From contig JAQCJP010000003.1 of assembly GCA_027592945.1 (NCBI GenBank), forward strand, positions 1-44,173: a stretch of 44,173 nucleotides of DNA, written 5' to 3'. Each line of letters starts with the position of its first letter. The first letter of the stretch is position 1. Both the position numbers and the translations under genes were made by a program. The DNA comes from Planctomycetota bacterium. GTDB taxonomy: Bacteria; Planctomycetota; Planctomycetia; Pirellulales; UBA1268. The notes under the pieces were generated by a model. That model made no database searches. It was given only the letters and a program-made list of their open reading frames with translations, and had not been told where the DNA came from. Below are positions 27,065 through 37,618 of the stretch, one piece after another.

Positions 27065-28876
27065 ATGCCAATCGACTGCCACCACATCCGCAACTTCTCG
27101 ATCATCGCCCACATCGACCACGGCAAGAGCACGCTGGCGGACCGCCTGCTCGAGTCGACCGGTACGGTCGACAAGCGGCAGCTCAAGACCCAGATGCTCG
27201 ACGACATGGAACTCGAGCGGCAGCGGGGGATCACGATCAAGGCCCGGGCGGTGCGGATGGAATATCGCCACGAGGGCGAGACCTACGAACTCAACCTGAT
27301 CGACACTCCCGGCCACGTCGACTTCCACTACGAGGTCTCCCGGAGCCTGGCCTGTTGCGAAGGAGCCCTGTTGCTGGTCGATGCTTTTCAGGGGGTCGAG
27401 GCCCAGACGGTTGCCAACACCTATGCCGCCATGGAGCAGGACCTCACGATCGTGCCGGTGATCAACAAAGTTGATCTCGTGCATGCCCGGGTCGACGAGG
27501 TGCTCCTCGAAATGGAGCAGAGCCTGGCGGCCGACCCCGACGAGGTGATCAAGGTCAGCGCCAAGACGGGGGTCGGCATCCCCGAGTTGCTCGCGGCGAT
27601 CGTGAAGCGGATTCCGCCGCCGCAGGGCGACCCGGAGGCGACCCTCCGGGCAATGATTTTCGACAGTCATTACGACTCGTACCGGGGCGCCATCACCTAC
27701 GTGCGGCTGCTCGACGGCACGATCCGCAAGGGCCAGAAGATTCGCTTTCTCAGGCAGGGCACGACCCACGAGGTGCTCGAGCTGGGGCAGTTCGTGCCGC
27801 AGCGACGGCCCTGCGAGACACTGTCAGCGGGCCAGGTGGGCTATCTCGTCTGCAACATCAAGGACGTCAAGGATGTCCATATCGGCGACACGGTAACGGT
27901 CCCGGGGAACGAGGCGGCTCCCCCGCTGCCCGGCTATAAGCCGCCCCAGCGAATGGTCTACTGCGGCCTCTATCCCAGCGATGGTGAGAACTTCGAGGAA
28001 CTCCGGGACGCCCTGGAAAAGTTGGCCATCAACGATCCCTCCTTCGAATACTCACCGGAGAGCAGCGAGGCACTCGGCTTTGGGTTCCGGTGCGGATTCC
28101 TCGGCCTTCTCCACATGGAGATCATCCAGCAGCGGCTGGAGCAGGAGGCCGATCTCGATCTGGTTCAGACCGCTCCTAACGTCACCTACCAGATCCTCAA
28201 GAAGACCGGCGAGACGATCGAGATCACCAATCCTCAGGATGTTCCCGAGACCGGTCAGATCGAGGAGTTTCGCCAGCCGATCGTGCGGACCAACTTTCTG
28301 GTGCCCGTGGAGTTCATCGGGCCGGTGATGCAACTCTGCACCGATCGGCGGGGCGTCTACCTGAAGACGGAATACCTCTCGCCGACCCGCGCGATGCTCA
28401 CCTTCGACCTTCCGCTGGCGGAGGTGATCTACGACCTCCACGACAAGCTCAAAAGCGTGACCCGCGGCTACGGCACCATGGACTACGAGCTGGTCGGCTA
28501 TTTTCTGGCCGATCTCGTCCGGCTCGACATCCTGGTGGGCGGCAAGAAGGTCGACGCCCTCTCGATCATTTGTGATCGCCGCGACTCCGACCGGCGGGGT
28601 CGGGCAATCGTCAAGAAGCTCCGTGGTGAGATCGATCGGCACATGTTCGAGGTCGCCCTCCAGGCGGCGATCGGCACCAAGGTGATCGCCCGCGAGACGA
28701 TCTCGGCTCTCCGCAAGAATGTGACAGCCAAGTGCTACGGCGGCGACATCTCCCGCAAGAAGAAGCTCTGGGCGAAGCAGAAGGAAGGCAAGAAGCGAAT
28801 GAAGAGCGTCGGCAGCGTCGACATCCCGCAGAAGGCCTTCATGGCGGTGCTCGACACCGGAACCGAGCGGCAGTAG
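27065..28876 (+). CDS. lepA: translation elongation factor 4
   Basis: IRNFSIIAHIDHGKSTLADR, NLIDTPGHVDF, GFRCGFLGLLHMEI, KCYGGDISRKKKL. Confidence 0.98.
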   Translation: MPIDCHHIRNFSIIAHIDHGKSTLADRLLESTGTVDKRQLKTQMLDDMELERQRGITIKARAVRMEYRHEGETYELNLIDTPGHVDFHYEVSRSLACCEGALLLVDAFQGVEAQTVANTYAAMEQDLTIVPVINKVDLVHARVDEVLLEMEQSLAADPDEVIKVSAKTGVGIPELLAAIVKRIPPPQGDPEATLRAMIFDSHYDSYRGAITYVRLLDGTIRKGQKIRFLRQGTTHEVLELGQFVPQRRPCETLSAGQVGYLVCNIKDVKDVHIGDTVTVPGNEAAPPLPGYKPPQRMVYCGLYPSDGENFEELRDALEKLAINDPSFEYSPESSEALGFGFRCGFLGLLHMEIIQQRLEQEADLDLVQTAPNVTYQILKKTGETIEITNPQDVPETGQIEEFRQPIVRTNFLVPVEFIGPVMQLCTDRRGVYLKTEYLSPTRAMLTFDLPLAEVIYDLHDKLKSVTRGYGTMDYELVGYFLADLVRLDILVGGKKVDALSIICDRRDSDRRGRAIVKKLRGEIDRHMFEVALQAAIGTKVIARETISALRKNVTAKCYGGDISRKKKLWAKQKEGKKRMKSVGSVDIPQKAFMAVLDTGTERQ

Positions 28877-28892
28877 GGCGGGTTCTCCTCAC

Positions 28893-29044
28893 TCGCGGCT
28901 CGGGGTGGGCCCGTGCCATCTCGCCGGACGCTCGCTGCGGGCATCCATGCCCTCCGCTCGCTCGTGGGAAACCGAGCTTCGCCATCCTGGCTACGCTTCG
29001 GTTTCCCAACGCCGGCTCGACTGGCACGGGCTCACCCCTCGCGA
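28893..29044. repeat. nested palindromic intergenic element (REPIN/MITE-like or structured RNA)
   Basis: Outer 17-bp arms 28902-28918 / 29022-29038; inner 12-bp arms 28965-28976 / 28997-29008; small hairpins GGGCATCCATGCCC and GCCATCCTGGC. Confidence 0.7.
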
Positions 29045-29079
29045 ACCCTTGGTTCCGTTTCCGGCGGTCCCGTGATCCC

Positions 29080-29793
29080 TCACCGCCGCCAGAGCAACTC
29101 GGCGTCGGGGCCTGCCGGCGTCGCCAGGACATGCCAGCCGGCTCGACGGGCGGCGGTGATGTCGAGCTGGGGGTCGTCGCCGACGAGGATGAGCTCCTCA
29201 GGGCCGAGGCCAAGCCGCTGCTCGACCGCCCGGAAAAACTCCGCCGCCGGCTTCCGCCAGCCGAGTTCCGACGAGGCGAAGACATGGTCGGCCAACGTCA
29301 GCGGCTCGACCACCTTGGCGATGGACAGAAGCCGCTCGTCGAAGTTGCTGGCCAGGGCGACCGGCAGGCCAGCCGCCCGAGCCGCGAGCAGTAACTGCCG
29401 GCCGGCGGGCACCGCCCGCCAGGACGTCGGTTTGCCGAAGTGGTCCCAGAGATCGGCAAAGATCGCCTCGCTGGACGGGGCGTCATCAAAGACGTCGGCG
29501 ACGATCTGCCGCCAGCGATCAGCCTCCCTGGCTCTGCTGGTGGCAAAGGCGGGCCGGGCCGAGGCGTCCTCCAGTTCCTGCCTGCGCCAAGCGATCCGAA
29601 AGCGTTCCTCGATCACGGCCGGATCGAGCCGGATGCCATGGCGGCAGCCGGCCTCGGAGTAGGCCAGGGCCACCGATGGGGCAGGTTCCGCGAGCGTGTG
29701 GACGACGTCAAACACCACCGCCCGCACGCCCGGAGGCGGAAACGGGAGGCTGCCAGGACGATCAGCAGCTGCCGTGGAGAGAGCGACGCTCAT
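29080..29793 (-). CDS. HAD-superfamily hydrolase (subfamily IA)
   Basis: VVFDVVHTL, ASNFDER, WRKP, VGDD..LD. Confidence 0.88.
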   Translation of the reverse strand: MSVALSTAAADRPGSLPFPPPGVRAVVFDVVHTLAEPAPSVALAYSEAGCRHGIRLDPAVIEERFRIAWRRQELEDASARPAFATSRAREADRWRQIVADVFDDAPSSEAIFADLWDHFGKPTSWRAVPAGRQLLLAARAAGLPVALASNFDERLLSIAKVVEPLTLADHVFASSELGWRKPAAEFFRAVEQRLGLGPEELILVGDDPQLDITAARRAGWHVLATPAGPDAELLWRR

Positions 29794-29839
29794 GCAGGCA
29801 GCATAGGCCGCTCGCTTCTTGCGGGGATGGGCGAGCCGC

Positions 29840-31915
29840 TCACTGCCGGGGGATCAGCCCCAAATCCAGGCCGAACACGAACATCATCAGCGACAGGATC
29901 AGGGCCAGTCCCAGGTAGGACAGGATCCCCACGACATGCTCGCTTGGCGGCTTGCCACGGATCAGCTCATAGAGCAGAAACACCATGTGGCCCCCGTCAA
30001 GGACGGGAATCGGCAGGAAGTTCACGACGGCCAGATTCGCCGAGAGCATGGTGAGAAACAGCAGCAGCCGGCCGAAGCCCTCCTCGGCCGACTTGCCCGC
30101 CTGCTTGGCGATCTCGATCGGGCCGCCCAGCAGTCGCGGGCTGATGCGGTTCTCCCAGAGTTTGCCCAGGAAACTCGCCACGAGGGTGAGGTCCTCCCAG
30201 GCCTTCCGGCCGCCTCGTCGGAAAGCGTCGGCGAGCGATGCCGCCTGCACCTTCTCGAAGACCGGCTCGAAGACAAGTCCGCGATCGACGACGAACTGCT
30301 CGGTCGCGGCGACCGGTTCCACCTCGACCTGCCGAGGCTCACCGGCCGCGGGCTCGACTTCCAGCCGAAGCCGGGTGCCTTCCGGCAGTCGCTGGAGCAC
30401 GGCCATGGCGGCCGGCCAGTTGGGCTCCTCCGCAGAAAGCGGGATGCCTTCGCCCACCTCGGTCTCGCCGGGCACCAGGAACGTGACCCGGGTCAGCCGG
30501 TCGCCCGGCATGATGCCCGCCATGCCGCCCGGGCCGTCCGGGGTCACCTCGGCGACGACCGCCGAGACGGGGATGGCCAGTCCGAGCGATGCGATAGAGA
30601 CCGGACAGCCGCGGCCGGTCGTCTCGTCGTCTCGCCAGGTGACCTGGCGAGGCGTGATGCTGACTTGACGGTCGCCCCCGTCCGCGGCGCTCAGCGTGAG
30701 CGTGACCGACTCACCGGCACGTTTTGCGATCCGGTCGTCCAGCGTGAGTGGGTCGCCGAGGGGCTCTCCGGCGACCAGCGTGATGGTTTCACCCGGTTCG
30801 ATGCCGGCTGCTTCAGCAGGAGAGCCGGCTTGCACTGCCGCGACCGGCCCGGCCGTCATGACCAGGCCGGTCTCGAGCCGCCGCTGGGACGGAAGCACGA
30901 CCGACAGCCGCTCCGGGTCACCGTCGCCCGCCTGGCGATCGACGCCGAGGGTGACCGATTCGGCCTGGTTGAGGGCAAGGACCGCCAAGAGTTCGGCGTA
31001 GGTGCCAACTTCCTCACCGTTGACGGTCTGGATCGTGTCGTTGGGCTCGAGGGCCGGCTCGGCCTCGCCGGCCGCACCGGGCAGACCCCGGCCGAAGTCT
31101 TCAGGCAGGCGGAGCGAGAAAGGGCTCGTCACGCCGATCGTGGGCGCGCCGAGGTCGGTGTCGGGCTTGAGCAGAACCGTGCGGGTCGTCTCATCGGCAG
31201 GCCGGTGGACCACGAACTCGATGCCCTCATCCACGTCACCGACGGTGACGCCGTGCCGCAGATCGTTGAAGATCGGATTCTCCCGATCACCGATCCTGAT
31301 GATCTCGTCACCGGTCCGGAGGCCGGCCTTCCAGGCGGCGCCACCGGTGCGAACACTCGAAATCGTGCAGGTCAGTTCCTTCACGCCCAGGCCGTAGGCC
31401 AGTGAGGCCATCAGGACGGCGAAGATCACGTTCATGATCACGCCGGCCGAGATGATCGCCATCCGCTTGGGCACGTTCTGGGCCGGATAGCTGCGGGGAT
31501 CCCAGGCCGGGTGGACGTCGGCAGTCGGTTCCGGCGGGAGATCGCCGGCGGTGAGCGGATGGCCCGGCCCGGCTGCCCGGGCCCGCTGGGCTTCCGCGGC
31601 GGCCGCCGCCGGGTTGTCATCCTGGCCAAGCATTTTGACGTAGCCGCCCAGGGGGAGGATGCCGATGCCGTATTCCGTCTCACCCCAGGTGAAGGAGAGG
31701 AGTTTCAGGCCGCCCACGTCGAAGCCCAGGAAAAACTTCTCGCACTTCACGCCGCAGGCCTTCGCCACAAGAAAATGACCCAACTCGTGGACGAAAATCA
31801 CGAACCCGAGGCCGCCGGCCACCTGCAGAATCACGCCCCAACTCGCCGGCTGGAGAATCCATTCCAGCCAGGTTGCCGCCCCGAGCAGCCCGCCGCCTGT
31901 CAGACACACGCCCAC
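29840..31915 (-). CDS. rseP: site-2 protease (M50) with multiple PDZ domains
   Basis: HELGH, LPLGGYVKM, AGVIMN, NFLPIPVLDGGH; repeated AGLRTGD/AGIEPGE/AGIMPGD PDZ motifs; follows dxr. Confidence 0.92.
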   Translation of the reverse strand: MGVCLTGGGLLGAATWLEWILQPASWGVILQVAGGLGFVIFVHELGHFLVAKACGVKCEKFFLGFDVGGLKLLSFTWGETEYGIGILPLGGYVKMLGQDDNPAAAAAEAQRARAAGPGHPLTAGDLPPEPTADVHPAWDPRSYPAQNVPKRMAIISAGVIMNVIFAVLMASLAYGLGVKELTCTISSVRTGGAAWKAGLRTGDEIIRIGDRENPIFNDLRHGVTVGDVDEGIEFVVHRPADETTRTVLLKPDTDLGAPTIGVTSPFSLRLPEDFGRGLPGAAGEAEPALEPNDTIQTVNGEEVGTYAELLAVLALNQAESVTLGVDRQAGDGDPERLSVVLPSQRRLETGLVMTAGPVAAVQAGSPAEAAGIEPGETITLVAGEPLGDPLTLDDRIAKRAGESVTLTLSAADGGDRQVSITPRQVTWRDDETTGRGCPVSIASLGLAIPVSAVVAEVTPDGPGGMAGIMPGDRLTRVTFLVPGETEVGEGIPLSAEEPNWPAAMAVLQRLPEGTRLRLEVEPAAGEPRQVEVEPVAATEQFVVDRGLVFEPVFEKVQAASLADAFRRGGRKAWEDLTLVASFLGKLWENRISPRLLGGPIEIAKQAGKSAEEGFGRLLLFLTMLSANLAVVNFLPIPVLDGGHMVFLLYELIRGKPPSEHVVGILSYLGLALILSLMMFVFGLDLGLIPRQ

Positions 31916-33120
31916 TTGCCAACCTCCTGTCTGGCCCAGGCGTCGAGACGCGAGATGTCCTCGAGCGTGGGATTGTCTTGAAAGGGATGCTCGTCGAGCA
32001 CCCGGCTGCAGAGTTCTGCGATGTCGGTGAACCGGATGGCACCGTCGAGAAATCCGCGAACTGCCTCCTCGTTGGCCGCGTTGAGCACCGCTCCTGCGGT
32101 ACCGCCCCGGGCCGCTGCCTCATGTCCCAGCCGAACCGCCGGAAACCGCTCCAGGTCGGGTGGCTCGAAGTCGAGCTGAAGGGCAGCTGCGAAGTCGAGT
32201 CGCCGAGCCGGGCCGGAGATTCGATCGGGGAACAGGAGAGCGTACTGGATCGGAAGCCGCATGTCGGGGGGGCCCAGTTGGGCCATCACGGCACCGTCCA
32301 CAAACTCAACCAGCGAATGCACGATGGACTGGGGATGCACCACGACGGCGAGTTTTTCCGCCGGCAGCCCGAACAGCCACCTCGCTTCGATGAGTTCAAG
32401 CGCCTTGTTCATCATCGTGGCCGAGTCGATGGTGATCTTCGGGCCCATCGACCAGGTGGGATGGCAGAGGGCTTCAGCGGGAGTCGCCTCGGCGAGAGAC
32501 TCACGAGAACGGGTTCGAAACGGACCGCCGCTGGCGGTCAGCACGAGCCGCTCGACTTCATGGGGCTGGCCGCAGGCAAGAGCCTGATGAATGGCGGAGT
32601 GTTCGCTGTCGACGGGAATGATGCTTGCACCGGTCGCTGCAGCTCGTTGCATGACCAGCGGACCGGCCATCACGAGCGTCTCCTTGTTGGCCAGGGCGAT
32701 GGTCTTGCCGGCCTCGATGGCAGCCCAGGTGCTCCTCAGCCCGGCAGCCCCGACGATCGCCGAGACGACCCGGTCAATCGAGGGGTCGGCCACGAGTTCG
32801 TCGAGGGCGTCCGGACCCGCGGCCAGCCTCGTTCCCTCCGGGAGCGCCGTCGTGTCGATTTCGGCTGCGGCCTGCCGGTCGGTCACAACCACCCAGCGAG
32901 GCCTTGTCGCCCGGGCCTGCTCGAGGAGTTTTGCAGTGCTGGAATGAGCGGCCAGCAGCCAGGCCCGGAGGCGACCGCCCGAGTGGGCGATGACGTCCAG
33001 CGTGCTCTGGCCGATGCTGCCGGTCGAACCGAGCACGGCCACCCGCAGAGCGGTCTCGCCACGGCCAGCCAAGCCCTGGGGGAGAGCTTCGGCTGTGTGA
33101 TCGCGGTAGGAGGGGGGCAT
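31900..33120 (-). CDS. dxr: 1-deoxy-D-xylulose-5-phosphate reductoisomerase
   Basis: LGSTGSIG, LANKE, PVDSEH, TASGGPF, HPTWSMGPKITIDSATMMNK. Confidence 0.97.
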   Translation of the reverse strand: MPPSYRDHTAEALPQGLAGRGETALRVAVLGSTGSIGQSTLDVIAHSGGRLRAWLLAAHSSTAKLLEQARATRPRWVVVTDRQAAAEIDTTALPEGTRLAAGPDALDELVADPSIDRVVSAIVGAAGLRSTWAAIEAGKTIALANKETLVMAGPLVMQRAAATGASIIPVDSEHSAIHQALACGQPHEVERLVLTASGGPFRTRSRESLAEATPAEALCHPTWSMGPKITIDSATMMNKALELIEARWLFGLPAEKLAVVVHPQSIVHSLVEFVDGAVMAQLGPPDMRLPIQYALLFPDRISGPARRLDFAAALQLDFEPPDLERFPAVRLGHEAAARGGTAGAVLNAANEEAVRGFLDGAIRFTDIAELCSRVLDEHPFQDNPTLEDISRLDAWARQEVGKWACV

Positions 33121-33319
33121 GAAACGACAGCGGGGGGATCCGGGCGAACATACCAGTTTAAAAATCCCGGGCCGGAAGTTCCAACGGCCAAAACTGCCGG
33201 AATCGCGGCCTGTTCCAGCCGCGAAACAGTCTCAGGCCTGTTTGTCTGCCGATTTTTCCCGGCGTAGGATGCGAAAGTGATGGTCAGGAGCCCCCTGACG
33301 GCAGTCCCCTGGAAAGGTT

Positions 33320-35410
33320 ATGAGCAGCAAACGCGACACGCCCAAGCGGCCCACCGATAGGAAGCCCTCCCTGGGCGGTAACCTCCTCTGGTCGCTGCTG
33401 GCAGCCGGGGTGGCAGGCCTCTTTGCCATCAGCCTCATTGGCTCAGCCAGCGAGTTGAAGGTTTCCTACAGCGACCTGCAGCGGCTGATCCGGGCCGCGA
33501 CGGCCGTCGGCGAGGATCGCTTCATTACCATCTCCGCCGAAGACGGTGGGGGAGCTGGCCTCTACGGCGACCTCCACGACGTCGTGATCGGCGGCTACGA
33601 GGTGGCCGGCAAGATCCGCCAACTCCCCGATGGCAGCACGGCTGCCGAGGCGGCCGAGAGTCAGCCTCCGCTGCCGGGCGAGGCCGGGACGGCCGGAATG
33701 GTTCGTCGGTTTACCACCGCGAAGTTGCCAACGGAAAACTCCGAATCAGACCTGATGGGACTTCTCGAGGAGCATGGCGTTGCCTTCCGCTACGAGGATC
33801 CGCCGAGCCCCTGGCGGAACTGGATGCCGATGCTCCTGCTGACCGGTCTCTTTGGGGTGCTCTTTTTCCTGATGATCCGACGGCTCGGCGGGGCGGGCAG
33901 TCCGATGGCCTTCGGCCGCTCGCGGGGCAAGATGTATGCCCAGGAAGATCTGGGGATCACCTTCGACGACGTGGCGGGCATCGAGGAGGCGGTCGAGGAA
34001 CTCCGCGAGGTGGTCGAGTTTTTGCGGAGTCCGGAGAAGTATCAGGTACTTGGGGGCCACATCCCCAAAGGGGTGCTCTTGGTCGGTCCGCCCGGCACCG
34101 GCAAGACGCTCCTGGCCAAGGCGATCGCCGGCGAGGCGGGCGTGCCCTTCTTCGGCCTCTCCGGCAGCGACTTTGTGGAGATGTTCGTGGGTGTCGGAGC
34201 GGCCCGCGTCCGCGACATGTTTCAGCAGGCTGCCGCCAAGGCTCCCTGCATCATCTTCATCGACGAACTCGACGCCCTCGGCAAGACCCGCGGCTCGAGC
34301 GTGGTCGGCGGCCACGACGAGCGGGAGCAGACGCTCAACGCCCTGCTCGTGGAAATGGATGGCTTTGGCAGCAACTCCGGAGTGATCGTGCTGGCCGCCA
34401 CCAACCGTCCCGAGACCCTGGATCCAGCGCTCCTGCGGCCGGGCCGGTTTGACAGGCATGTCTTGGTCGATCGCCCCGATGTGCGAGGCCGGGAGGAGAT
34501 CCTTCGGGTGCATGTGGCCAACGTCAAACTCGATCCGGAAGTCGATATCGGCCAGATCGCCCGGATCACATCGGGGTTCGTCGGGGCCGACCTGGCCAAT
34601 CTCGTCAACGAGGCCGCCCTGCTGGCGGCCCGCAACGACAAGGAATCGGTCGGGATGGAGGAGTTCAACGAGGGCGTGGAGCGGGTCACCGCCGGCCTGG
34701 AGAAGAAGCGACGGGTGATCCACGAGGACGAAAAGAAGCGTGTCGCCTACCACGAGGCGGCCCACGCCCTGGTCGCCCTTTCCCTGCCCAACACGGACCC
34801 GGTGCACAAGGTCTCCATCATCCCCCGCGGGCTGGCGGCACTCGGCTACACGATGCAGCGGCCCGAAGACGATCGCTACCTGCTGACGCAGACCGAACTC
34901 GAGAGCCGCATCCAGGTGCTCTTGGCCGGCACGATCGCCGAGGAGATGGTTTACGCCGATGTCTCGACCGGGGCCCAGAATGACCTCGAGCGAGCCAGCG
35001 AGATCGCCCGGGCCATGGTGATGGACTACGGCATGAGCCGGCTGGGCCGGGTCGCCTACCGCGAAAGCCCGCGGTCTCCCTTCCTGGCGACCGGCGGGGC
35101 TGATCTGCCCGCGTCGCGGACCCACAGCGAGGAGACGGCCCGCGAGATCGACGAAGAGGTGCGGCGGATCGTCGATACCTCGATCGAGGCGGTACGGCAG
35201 ATTCTGGCATCGCGGCGGGCCGCCCTCGAGACGGTGACCAGCCGGCTGATGGAGGCCGAGGTGATCGATGGCGAGGAACTGCGGGCCCTCGTCGAGGCTT
35301 CCACCGGGACCCCCCAGCTCGTGCCGGGCACGGCGACTGACCGGCGGCCGGCTCGCCCGCAGCCGAAAGGCGAGCAGCCGGGGGCTGCCGCCGGCGGGGC
35401 CGACTCCTGA
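33320..35410 (+). CDS. ftsH: ATP-dependent zinc metalloprotease FtsH
   Basis: Two TM helices; [35 protein letters not shown]. Confidence 0.97.
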   Translation: MSSKRDTPKRPTDRKPSLGGNLLWSLLAAGVAGLFAISLIGSASELKVSYSDLQRLIRAATAVGEDRFITISAEDGGGAGLYGDLHDVVIGGYEVAGKIRQLPDGSTAAEAAESQPPLPGEAGTAGMVRRFTTAKLPTENSESDLMGLLEEHGVAFRYEDPPSPWRNWMPMLLLTGLFGVLFFLMIRRLGGAGSPMAFGRSRGKMYAQEDLGITFDDVAGIEEAVEELREVVEFLRSPEKYQVLGGHIPKGVLLVGPPGTGKTLLAKAIAGEAGVPFFGLSGSDFVEMFVGVGAARVRDMFQQAAAKAPCIIFIDELDALGKTRGSSVVGGHDEREQTLNALLVEMDGFGSNSGVIVLAATNRPETLDPALLRPGRFDRHVLVDRPDVRGREEILRVHVANVKLDPEVDIGQIARITSGFVGADLANLVNEAALLAARNDKESVGMEEFNEGVERVTAGLEKKRRVIHEDEKKRVAYHEAAHALVALSLPNTDPVHKVSIIPRGLAALGYTMQRPEDDRYLLTQTELESRIQVLLAGTIAEEMVYADVSTGAQNDLERASEIARAMVMDYGMSRLGRVAYRESPRSPFLATGGADLPASRTHSEETAREIDEEVRRIVDTSIEAVRQILASRRAALETVTSRLMEAEVIDGEELRALVEASTGTPQLVPGTATDRRPARPQPKGEQPGAAAGGADS

Positions 35411-35557
35411 TCCGGCACGATCGCTACGACTGGCAGGGTTGCGGTTGCCGGTGCAGATTTTTGCCCCGCGTGACGAATACAACGACAGCGGTGCGGCGTC
35501 AGGGTGCCGCCGTTTCCAGCTGTCTCATGGCTGCCGGCAGCGACCGGCAGGTGGTCG

Positions 35558-35806
35558 ATGTGGAAGAGTGTGTTTCTTGCCTGCGGCATCTTTGCCTGCA
35601 TTCTGGGCGTTGAGTTGCTTGTCATCGATTCGGCCGTGCTCGTCCCGCTGAGCGGTCGGGGTGAGGCCTCGACGTTCCGGGCCCCTGACTGGGCGCCTTG
35701 GACGCTCCTCTCCGTGGGAGCCGCGACAATCCTCCATTTCTGCCAACTGCCTCGCTTCGGGTCGTCAGCGCATCGCTCGCACGTGCATCAAATGCAGTCC
35801 CATTAA
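35558..35806 (+). CDS. small two-TM membrane protein
   Basis: MWKSVFLACGIFACILGVELLV...APDWAPWTLLSVGAATIL. Confidence 0.7.
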   Translation: MWKSVFLACGIFACILGVELLVIDSAVLVPLSGRGEASTFRAPDWAPWTLLSVGAATILHFCQLPRFGSSAHRSHVHQMQSH

Positions 35807-35965
35807 GGTCTGGGGGCCACGGCTCCGGCCGTCGGCAAGGCCTGATCGGTTGCAGGACGCCGCGGGATGCGGTTCTTCTTGAGAGGGAATCTTGATTGAA
35901 GGCGGCAGCAAGGACTGCCCGCCAGCGGCTTGAGTCGGGTCGCCCCGGCAAAGAAGACCACACCC

Positions 35966-36370
35966 GTGCCCGCCATCCTCACCACCACCCGGCCTGACCG
36001 CGACACCGTGCTCTACGACGGCCAGTGCCGCTTCTGCCGGGGCCAGATTGCGGTCTTGCGGCGGTTCGACCTTACCGGCCGGCTGCTCTTTCGCTCGCTC
36101 CACGACCCGGCGGTATCCCGGGATTTTCCGGAACTTTCAGCCGACGACCTGATGCGGGAGATGTATGTGGTCGACCGGCAGGGCCGGGCCCGGCCTGGGG
36201 CGGAGGCGGTCCGCTATCTCTCCCGGCGACTGCCCTTGCTCTGGCCGCTGGCCGTGCCGCTGCATGTGCCGGGCAGCCTGCCGGTCTGGAAGTGGCTTTA
36301 CCGGCTGGTGGCCCGAAATCGCTACCGCTTGGCCGGCCGCTGCAACGAAGGAACCTGCCACCTGCACTAA
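35966..36370 (+). CDS. DCC1-like/DUF393 thiol-disulfide oxidoreductase
   Basis: VLYDGQCRFC (DxxCxxC), YRLVARNRY, C-terminal CNEGTC; start 35966 or 35930. Confidence 0.88.
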   Translation: MPAILTTTRPDRDTVLYDGQCRFCRGQIAVLRRFDLTGRLLFRSLHDPAVSRDFPELSADDLMREMYVVDRQGRARPGAEAVRYLSRRLPLLWPLAVPLHVPGSLPVWKWLYRLVARNRYRLAGRCNEGTCHLH

Positions 36371-36379
36371 GCAGGAAAC

Positions 36380-37438
36380 TCAGGCGTCGCCAGCGTCGGT
36401 CGACTTGTCCTCAAGTTCCTTGAGGAGCCGGGTCATCGTGTTGGCGTGAACGCCAAGCAGTTTCGCGGCTTTGGCCTTGTGACCTCGGGTGACATCGAGC
36501 GCCTCGCGGATTGCCCGCTCCCGAAGTTTGGCAAGATCGAGGCAGGGGAGCCGACCGGAGCCAGCAACCCGAGCCGTCGACTTGAGGGGGAGCTTCGGCT
36601 CTTCCTGGAGCACGTAGGCCTGCTCGATGCAGTGCTCCAACTGACGGACGTTGCCGGGCCACTCGAAGCTGCAGAACTCCGCGAGCTGCTCTTCGGTTGG
36701 CTCCCAGGTCGGTAGGTGATAGCGATCGGCAAATCGTTGGGCGAAGAACTCGATAAAGGAGGGGATGTCTTCGGGCCGCTCACGGAGCGGCGGAACCTCC
36801 AACTCGATCATGTTGAGGCGATAGTAGAGGTCTTCTCGGAAGGCGCCCTTCTCAACCTCCTGCTCCAGGTCGCGATTGGTCGCCGCCACGACCTGCACGT
36901 CAATCGGCACGGGCTCAGAAGAACCGACCGGCATAACCTCTCGCTGCTGCAAGACACGCAGGAGTTTCGGCTGCAACTCCGGGGGCATCTCACCGATTTC
37001 ATCGAGGAAGACCACGCCCCCTTCCGCGGCTCGGAAGATGCCGAGCGAGCGACCTGCGGCACCGGTGAACGCCCCCTTCTCATGTCCAAACAGTTGGCTT
37101 TCCGCCAGCGACGGCGTGAGCGCCGCGCAGTTGACCGGCACAAACGCCTTGTTGCGACGCGGTCCGCTGCGATGCAGCAATCGCGCCCAGAGTTCTTTGC
37201 CGGTGCCCGTCTCGCCGCTGACGAGCACGGTGCATTCCACCTCGGCAGCGCGTTCAATCGACTTGGCGATCCGCCGCATCCGCGGATTCGAGCCGAGCAC
37301 CCAGTTGGTGCCAAACATCGGTTCGGCAACGCAGGTCGAGGTGGCCACATCTTCGACGATGGCCGGATCGAGAGAGCCACCACGCGGATTCCGCGAGGCG
37401 GCATCAGCTGCACGGAAACTCATTGGGCGGATCGACAT
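36380..37438 (-). CDS. sigma-54 enhancer-binding protein (AAA+ and Fis HTH) without a sensory domain
   Basis: GETGTGKE, LFGHEKGAFTGA, FLDEIG, FREDLYYRLN, WPGNVRQL, AAKLLGV. Confidence 0.93.
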   Translation of the reverse strand: MSIRPMSFRAADAASRNPRGGSLDPAIVEDVATSTCVAEPMFGTNWVLGSNPRMRRIAKSIERAAEVECTVLVSGETGTGKELWARLLHRSGPRRNKAFVPVNCAALTPSLAESQLFGHEKGAFTGAAGRSLGIFRAAEGGVVFLDEIGEMPPELQPKLLRVLQQREVMPVGSSEPVPIDVQVVAATNRDLEQEVEKGAFREDLYYRLNMIELEVPPLRERPEDIPSFIEFFAQRFADRYHLPTWEPTEEQLAEFCSFEWPGNVRQLEHCIEQAYVLQEEPKLPLKSTARVAGSGRLPCLDLAKLRERAIREALDVTRGHKAKAAKLLGVHANTMTRLLKELEDKSTDAGDA

Positions 37439-37618
37439 GCAGCGGAACCTTTCGCTCTGGAGCGGTCAGTCGTCAGACCAACCCCCGATTTCTCCTTGCC
37501 CTACGCTCCCCAGTATCTCCGGCCCGGGGCCGGGATGCAACAGGCCGGGATCGATTTTCAGCCTTTTTCGAGCCGTCAGAAAACCGCTGGCCCGCGAGGA
37601 AAAACCCGATTTACCCGG

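Noticed and set aside
29690-29720. HAD motif I lacks the second Asp (FDVVHTL)
   Set aside because: Such variants are usual in this HAD-IA subgroup; not evidence of inactivation
33746-35482. Long antisense ORFs (also 3348-4901, 9983-11305, 11329-12966, 14416-15756, 29819-31405, 31873-33267, 36716-38389)
   Set aside because: Shadow frames of well-supported genes in high-GC DNA; no recognisable motifs
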